Assembly: GCA_963668355.1 (NCBI GenBank)
Contig: OY764265.1
Coordinates: 2,656,001-2,720,000, forward strand
Direction: 5' to 3'
Origin: Bdellovibrionota bacterium
GTDB lineage: Bacteria > Bdellovibrionota_G > JALEGL01 > DATDPG01
Length of the DNA: 64,000 bases
In this document: positions 58,693-64,000 of the stretch, one piece after another
Layout of the letters: every line of letters starts with the position of its first letter
Numbering within the stretch: the stretch's first letter is position 1
Made by a program: the position numbers and the translations under genes
Notes under the pieces: generated by a model
Seen by the model: only the letters and a program-made list of their open reading frames with translations
Database searches by the model: none
Told to the model about the DNA's origin: nothing

Positions 58693-60032
58693 AACACCTT
58701 CCGAACAACATCCACATATCGATCTAAATCTGCCTGATTTTTGGTTTCAGTCACAGCCAAAACAAGTTCTCGGTCTCGTTCCTTCGCCCAACGGGACAAA
58801 GCGACCCCTCCCAGGATCTTTTCTTTTTCAAGGGCAGCCAAAAAGGCCTCACTCGAAATCGGTAAACGAACCGTAAACTCATTGAACGTTGGCCCATCAA
58901 ACAAAAGATCAATGGCGGAGATTTCTTTTAGCTTCGTCTTTAAATACTGAGCGGCTTTCGCGTTTTCAATGGCCACACTCCGCAACCCCGCCGAACCCAA
59001 AGTCGCCATATATATGCATGAGCGAAGTGCGCAGAGGGAGTGATTGGTACAAATGTTTGAGGTCGCTTTTTCACGTCGTATATGCTGTTCCCGCGTAGAG
59101 AGCGTCAAAACATATCCGGAATTTCCATTTGAATCCTTGGCCTCACCCACCAAGCGACCCGGAAGCTGCCTTAAATATTTTTCCTGGGCCGCGAACAAGC
59201 CGACATGCGGTCCTCCAAAATTTTGAGGATTTCCCAAGGATTGACCTTCACCTACAACGATATCTGCACCTTGTTCCCCGGGAGACTTTAAAATCCCAAA
59301 GGCCAATGCCTCCGTCGTATTGACCACAAATAAGCCCTTGGCTTCGTGAGTGGCCTGGGCTAACTCTGTCAAGGGTTCAACTACGCCATAGAAGTTTGGC
59401 TGCTGCACCATTACGGCTGCAACATCCTCCAAAGACTCGGGCAAAATGGTTTGCCCATGCTCATCCAGTGGTAATTCCTCCAGTTCTACTTGAACATCAC
59501 TCGTATACGCTCGAACAACAGATCTGTAGTCTGGATGAATTCCTTCGGAGAGCAATATTCGTTTCTTTTTTCGTTGCGTCCGAACAGCCAAAAGAGCGGC
59601 TTCCGCAAGTGAGGAGGCGCCATCATACATAGAGGCATTCGCGATCTCCATGCCAAACAGATTGGCCACCATGGATTGAAACTCAAAAATCGCTTGTAAC
59701 GTTCCTTGACTCACTTCCGGCTGGTAAGGGGTATAAGCCGTAACAAATTCACTTCGCCCCGACAAAGAGTCCACAACCGTCGGAATAAAATGTTCGTAAC
59801 ACCCCGCCCCAAGATATGACCGCCAATTCGAATCCCTGGCGGGTGAATTTTTAAAAGCCTCTTCCCGAAAAAAGTGTTGCAGTTCGGCCTCGGTCATTGC
59901 CGGAGGAAGCCCAACAAAGTCCTTCCAACGAACGATTTCTGGAATGGAAGAAAAAAGTGACTCGACGGAATCGGCTCCAATTTCTTGAAGCATTTCCGTA
60001 CGATCTCGATCTGTAGATGGAATGTACCGCAT
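58689..60032 (-). CDS. gcvPA: Glycine decarboxylase subunit 1
   Basis: LGAG.Y, TAYTPYQPEVSQG, NASMYDG, REQHIRREKATSNICTN. Confidence 0.96.
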   Translation of the reverse strand: MRYIPSTDRDRTEMLQEIGADSVESLFSSIPEIVRWKDFVGLPPAMTEAELQHFFREEAFKNSPARDSNWRSYLGAGCYEHFIPTVVDSLSGRSEFVTAYTPYQPEVSQGTLQAIFEFQSMVANLFGMEIANASMYDGASSLAEAALLAVRTQRKKKRILLSEGIHPDYRSVVRAYTSDVQVELEELPLDEHGQTILPESLEDVAAVMVQQPNFYGVVEPLTELAQATHEAKGLFVVNTTEALAFGILKSPGEQGADIVVGEGQSLGNPQNFGGPHVGLFAAQEKYLRQLPGRLVGEAKDSNGNSGYVLTLSTREQHIRREKATSNICTNHSLCALRSCIYMATLGSAGLRSVAIENAKAAQYLKTKLKEISAIDLLFDGPTFNEFTVRLPISSEAFLAALEKEKILGGVALSRWAKERDRELVLAVTETKNQADLDRYVDVVRKVL

Positions 60033-60049
60033 GAAGAGATAAGACGTGT

Positions 60050-60451
60050 TTAATCGTCTTCCTCTTCTTTGGCGACGAATTCTTTGTAATCTTCAGCACT
60101 CATGAGTTTCTTGAACTCCGAATCATTTTCAACCTTCACACGAATTAACCAAGCCTCTCCGTAGGGATCGTCATTAACCACCTCAGGCGATTCAACCAGA
60201 GCATCGTTCACTTCCATGACCATTCCCGTAACGGGAGAAAACAAATCAGAAACAGCTTTTACAGACTCAACGCTACCAAAGGGTTCGGATGATTCCACTT
60301 CATCATCTTCTTGGGGAAGCTCTACATACACCACATCCCCCATACGACTTTGTGCCCAATCTGTTACACCAATGGTAACCGTCATCGTGTCCTCTTCAAA
60401 TCGAGCCCATTCATGATCGTTGGTGTATCGAAGTTCTTCTGGAATATTCAT
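60050..60451 (-). CDS. gcvH: Glycine cleavage H protein
   Basis: HEW, VESVKAVSD lipoyl-Lys motif, VNDDPYGEAW. Confidence 0.96.
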   Translation of the reverse strand: MNIPEELRYTNDHEWARFEEDTMTVTIGVTDWAQSRMGDVVYVELPQEDDEVESSEPFGSVESVKAVSDLFSPVTGMVMEVNDALVESPEVVNDDPYGEAWLIRVKVENDSEFKKLMSAEDYKEFVAKEEEDD

Positions 60452-60527
60452 TTCAGTAATTTCTCCAAAGGGTTATTCAAATTCTTATCGAAAATCATCA
60501 TAGAAAATAATTCCGGGCAAGCCATTT

Positions 60528-61616
60528 TTACCGTTTTATGGACCCTGGGACAAAGGGTGGCTTGACCACTTTGCCTGGGACTTCTTTATTTCGGATGTGG
60601 ATTTGGACCTCATCCTTCAAGGCCACATCCACATCCAACATTCCCAAAGCAATCCCACACTTGAGAGTGGGAGAAAAGGTCCCGGAAGTCAATGCTCCAA
60701 CGCATTTTCCATCTTTTTTAACGTCAAAGCCCGGCCGAGGAATTCCTCTGCCCGTAACCTTTATGGCTCGAAGCCTCCTTTTCAAACCCTCTTCTTTCTG
60801 TTTGAGCAGAACCTCCCGCCCCACAAAATTTCCCTTATCCAACTTAACGGCCCAACCGATTCCGGCTTCCAAAGGAGTAATGTCCTCGTTCATGTCGCTC
60901 CCATTTAAGAGGTAGCCCATTTCCAAACGAAGGGTGTCTCGGGCCCCCAAACCAATGGGAACCAGACCACTTTCCTCCCCTTCTTTAAACAGAAGGTCCC
61001 ACACATCCGCAGCAATTTCGGGCTTGAGGTACAACTCAAAACCATCCTCCCCGGAATATCCAGTCCGTGAGATCAGTACAGCCGAACCCAACAACTCGGC
61101 CCAGGTGAATTCATAATATTTCACGGTTGCCAAATCCCGCTTCACAAGTGCGCTGAGTAAAGCCTCCGCTTTTTTTCCTTGAAGCGCGAGCAAGGCATAT
61201 TCCTCACTTCGGTCCACCACCTCTGCGCCTTCCAAGGCATGAGACTCAAACCATTTGGCCACCTGTTCCCGCCGAGACGCATTGACCACAAAAAGATAAT
61301 ACTCATCGCCCATCGCATAGAGCAGGCAGTCATCAATGACTCCGCCACGCTCATTTAAGATCGCGCTATACTGAACCTTTCCAGGCTTCAAGGCCGCGGC
61401 ATTGTTGGTGGACACTCGTTGGCAAAACTCAAGAGCTTTCGGGCCTTTTACTTCAAACTCGCCCATATGGCTGACATCAAATAGCCCCATCGAATTTCGA
61501 ACCGCTTCGTGCTCCTTCACAATGCTCGTGTATTGAACGGGCATTTCATAGCCTGCGAATGGAACCATCGTCGCCTTTAAAGCCACATGTTTTTCAAATA
61601 AAGGGGTCTTTTTCAT
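60528..61616 (-). CDS. gcvT: Glycine cleavage aminomethyltransferase
   Basis: MPVQY, FDVSHMGE, SRTGYSGEDGFE, GLGARDTLRLE. Confidence 0.96.
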   Translation of the reverse strand: MKKTPLFEKHVALKATMVPFAGYEMPVQYTSIVKEHEAVRNSMGLFDVSHMGEFEVKGPKALEFCQRVSTNNAAALKPGKVQYSAILNERGGVIDDCLLYAMGDEYYLFVVNASRREQVAKWFESHALEGAEVVDRSEEYALLALQGKKAEALLSALVKRDLATVKYYEFTWAELLGSAVLISRTGYSGEDGFELYLKPEIAADVWDLLFKEGEESGLVPIGLGARDTLRLEMGYLLNGSDMNEDITPLEAGIGWAVKLDKGNFVGREVLLKQKEEGLKRRLRAIKVTGRGIPRPGFDVKKDGKCVGALTSGTFSPTLKCGIALGMLDVDVALKDEVQIHIRNKEVPGKVVKPPFVPGSIKR

Positions 61617-62512
61617 TCCTTCCTCTTTTCCTTCTCCAACCGCTTAGCGGCTTCCAAAGTATTGGATAAAAGCATCGCAATCGTTAGAGGGCCTACTCCT
61701 CCGGGAACCGGAGTGATCCACTTGGCCCGTTTGGACGCTTCATCAAATTCAACATCTCCAACCAGTTGGTTGTCTTCCGTACGATTGATTCCGACATCAA
61801 TCACAGCGGCTCCCTCTTTCACCCAATCACCTTTGACGAATTCCGCTCGACCGATAGCCGCCACCAAAATATCGGCCCGACGACAAACCTCCGCCAAATT
61901 ACGTGTGCGAGAATGACAGATGGTTACGGTCGCGTTCCGGGCCATCAAAAGCTGAGCGACCGGTTTCCCTACGATATTACTTCGCCCGACAACAACCGCT
62001 TCCGCCCCTTCCATCGGAACTTGATACTCGTCCAGAATCCTCAGAATCCCCTTTGGCGTACATGCAACGAAGGTGGGTTCTCCGGTAAAAAGTTTTCCAG
62101 CACTTTGAATGTGGAATCCATCCACGTCCTTTTCGGGAGAAATTGTTTCCAACACCCGAGACGCAGAAATCTGTTTCGGCAAAGGCAATTGAACCAAAAT
62201 GCCATGGATCGAAGGGTCATCGTTTAACGCTCGAATTTCCGTGAGTAAGCTTTCTTCTGAAAGATCTTCCGGAAGTTCCATCTTCAGAGACTTCATGCCG
62301 AGTTTTGCGCAAATTTTAGCCTTTCGGTTCACGTAAACCCGTGACGCTTCATCATCCCCCACACGAAGAGTAGCCAGGCCGGGCTGGATTCCCGTTTCTT
62401 TTCTGAACCGCTCCACTTCGCCTTGAATTTCATTATGTATTTTTTTGGCTAACGCTTTTCCATCCATCAAAGTCACGGCGCGGGACTTTACCAGGCTTAG
62501 TTGGATTGACAA
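61613..62512 (-). CDS. folD: Methylenetetrahydrofolate dehydrogenase/cyclohydrolase
   Basis: YVNRK, GILVQLPLP, KDVDGF, GRSNIVGKP, TPVPGGVGP. True start may be slightly downstream. Confidence 0.96.
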   Translation of the reverse strand: MSIQLSLVKSRAVTLMDGKALAKKIHNEIQGEVERFRKETGIQPGLATLRVGDDEASRVYVNRKAKICAKLGMKSLKMELPEDLSEESLLTEIRALNDDPSIHGILVQLPLPKQISASRVLETISPEKDVDGFHIQSAGKLFTGEPTFVACTPKGILRILDEYQVPMEGAEAVVVGRSNIVGKPVAQLLMARNATVTICHSRTRNLAEVCRRADILVAAIGRAEFVKGDWVKEGAAVIDVGINRTEDNQLVGDVEFDEASKRAKWITPVPGGVGPLTIAMLLSNTLEAAKRLEKEKRKE

Positions 62513-62775
62513 TGAGGAAAGATGTCTCTCAAATCCTTTTCTGAAAGGCCTTCTAGAGCGACAACCTTATTTTTGGATTTCACGCCTTGGAGAAGAGAAA
62601 TCTGTCGTTTGGGGATGTTTAACGTTTTCGAAAGAAGCTTGAGGAGGGCCTCATTGGCCGCATTGTCGACCGGAGGCGCCGTCAGTCGAACATAAAGAAC
62701 ATCATCTTTAAAACCCCGCACTTCTTCCTTTTTTGCACGAGGCTGAACCTTGATTTTTAAGGTAACCCGGTCCAC
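62497..62775 (-). CDS. yggU: DUF167/YggU family protein
   Basis: VQPRA, APPVD..AN, G.KSK.K. Confidence 0.88.
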   Translation of the reverse strand: MDRVTLKIKVQPRAKKEEVRGFKDDVLYVRLTAPPVDNAANEALLKLLSKTLNIPKRQISLLQGVKSKNKVVALEGLSEKDLRDIFPHCQSN

Positions 62776-63273
62776 TTACGTCGTGGATTGCAGAACCGCG
62801 ACTTCTTCGATTTTGGACGTTTCTCTCGCATCATTCTGAAGCTCCAGCAATCGGATATGGCTATCCAGTATTCCCCGAAGACGGCCTTCAAACTCAGCCC
62901 TTTGACGTTTCAAATCGTTGATTTCATCAATGATTTCCGTCAATCGTCCATGGGCTTGATGAATAATTTTGTCGGCTTGAAGTTCTGCTTGGCTAATGAT
63001 GATCTCAGCTTCTTTCTTAGCCGATTGCTTCATGTCGTCTGACAGTTTTTGAGCGGTCATGAGCGTTTCTTGAAGGGTTCGTTCCTTCTCCTCATGACCT
63101 TGAATTCGATGTTCCAACTTCATGAGTTCTTCACGCTGAGATTGATGCTCACGAATCAAATCTTCCCATTCACTGCGAATCAAATCCAAGAAATCATCAA
63201 CTTGGTGCGTGTCATAACCCTGTAAAGTTTTTCGAAAAACCTGTTGTTGAAGATCAAGCGGCGTCAGCTTCAT
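62776..63273 (-). CDS. divIVA: DivIVA-domain protein
   Basis: LTPLD....F.....GY...QVDDFL N-terminal motif followed by coiled coil. Confidence 0.9.
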   Translation of the reverse strand: MKLTPLDLQQQVFRKTLQGYDTHQVDDFLDLIRSEWEDLIREHQSQREELMKLEHRIQGHEEKERTLQETLMTAQKLSDDMKQSAKKEAEIIISQAELQADKIIHQAHGRLTEIIDEINDLKRQRAEFEGRLRGILDSHIRLLELQNDARETSKIEEVAVLQSTT

Positions 63274-63336
63274 GCGTAAATTCCTCCCGAGAAGAGAAGT
63301 TTATCTCAATTCTCCAAAGAATCCTATAGCCACGCG

Positions 63337-64000
63337 CTAAGGGTTTCGGGAACCGAAGATAGCTGTCCCAACCCGCACAATCGTGGCCCCCTCTTCGACG
63401 GCCACCTCGAAATCATGCGTCACCCCCATGGAAATCTCTGTACAAGGGCTATTTCGCAAATTGCGAGATTTCAAGGTTTCGAACACTTCCCGCGTTGCTC
63501 GAAAATGAGCGCGGGAGGCCTCCGGATTTTCCGAGTAAGGCGGAAAAGACATCACCCCGTTAATTTCCAGATCCGTATTCTCAGAAATCCGTTGGGCCAA
63601 ATCGAACAACTCTGCGCGATTGGCCCCCGCTTTGGAGGCTTCATTTGCGATATTCAGCTCTAGCAAGATGCGAACCGGACAACCACTCGTCAGACGTCCC
63701 TTTTCCAATTCTTTCGCGACCGACCATCGATCCACCGATTGGATGAGGGAAAATTTTCCCGGTAACTTCTTTGCCTTGTTGGATTGAAGGGCTCCGATGA
63801 AATGCCAATCGATGTTGCCTTCTGGAAATTTCTTGTTCAACGCGTCCATTTTCGGCAAGGCTTCTTGAAGATAACTCTCCCCGAAACAAGAAATCCCCGC
63901 GTCGAAGGCTTCACATAATGCCTCGGTCGGCATCCGCTTACTCACGGCCACAATTTGAATCTCTTCGGGAGACCTCCCGGATCGCCTTGCGGCTTCTTCC
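63337..64000 (-). CDS. yggS: YggS PLP homeostasis protein (5' end outside window)
   Basis: VAVSK, FGE.Y.QE, WHFIG.LQSNK, SMG, VRVGTAIFG; frame stays open to the window edge. Confidence 0.93.
   Translation of the reverse strand, partial: EEAARRSGRSPEEIQIVAVSKRMPTEALCEAFDAGISCFGESYLQEALPKMDALNKKFPEGNIDWHFIGALQSNKAKKLPGKFSLIQSVDRWSVAKELEKGRLTSGCPVRILLELNIANEASKAGANRAELFDLAQRISENTDLEINGVMSFPPYSENPEASRAHFRATREVFETLKSRNLRNSPCTEISMGVTHDFEVAVEEGATIVRVGTAIFGSRNP

Noticed and set aside
60452..60527. Glycine riboswitch in the gcv region (also SAM/cobalamin riboswitch before metH)
   Set aside because: Intergenic gaps too short and no aptamer motifs seen.

Overview
A gene-dense bacterial chromosomal window (about 60 CDS, one tRNA, no rRNA, CRISPR array, integrase or transposase seen). 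Gene content (DivIVA/YggS/DUF167, AgmX/TonB-C protein, PBP1B, Omp85, sigma54-type promoters before orphan exported proteins) suggests a diderm deltaproteobacterium-like organism such as Bdellovibrionota or a relative; this is inference. Mostly housekeeping: metH, glpD, gap, kbl, rluD-like, rlmE, mrcB, nadA, citrate synthase, nth, polX, a folate/pterin cluster, a split glycine-cleavage operon and folD. Most unusual: (1) a tandem, translationally coupled GAPDH pair whose first copy has lost the catalytic Cys and phosphate-binding residues but keeps the NAD-binding and S-loop motifs, a candidate pseudoenzyme partner; (2) a soluble complex-I module nuoB-D fusion (no NuoC)-nuoG-nuoI with no nuoE/F/H or membrane subunits, led by a metal-less MBL-fold gene, plus a second stand-alone nuoB nearby; (3) two orphan exported genes under a sigma54/IHF-type promoter, bracketed by two copies of a MITE-like repeat; (4) a tRNA-Sec with non-canonical pairs; (5) a 1523-aa zincin-beta-propeller-Omp85 protein. 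All calls come from reading motifs by eye; no searches were run, and start codons are best guesses.
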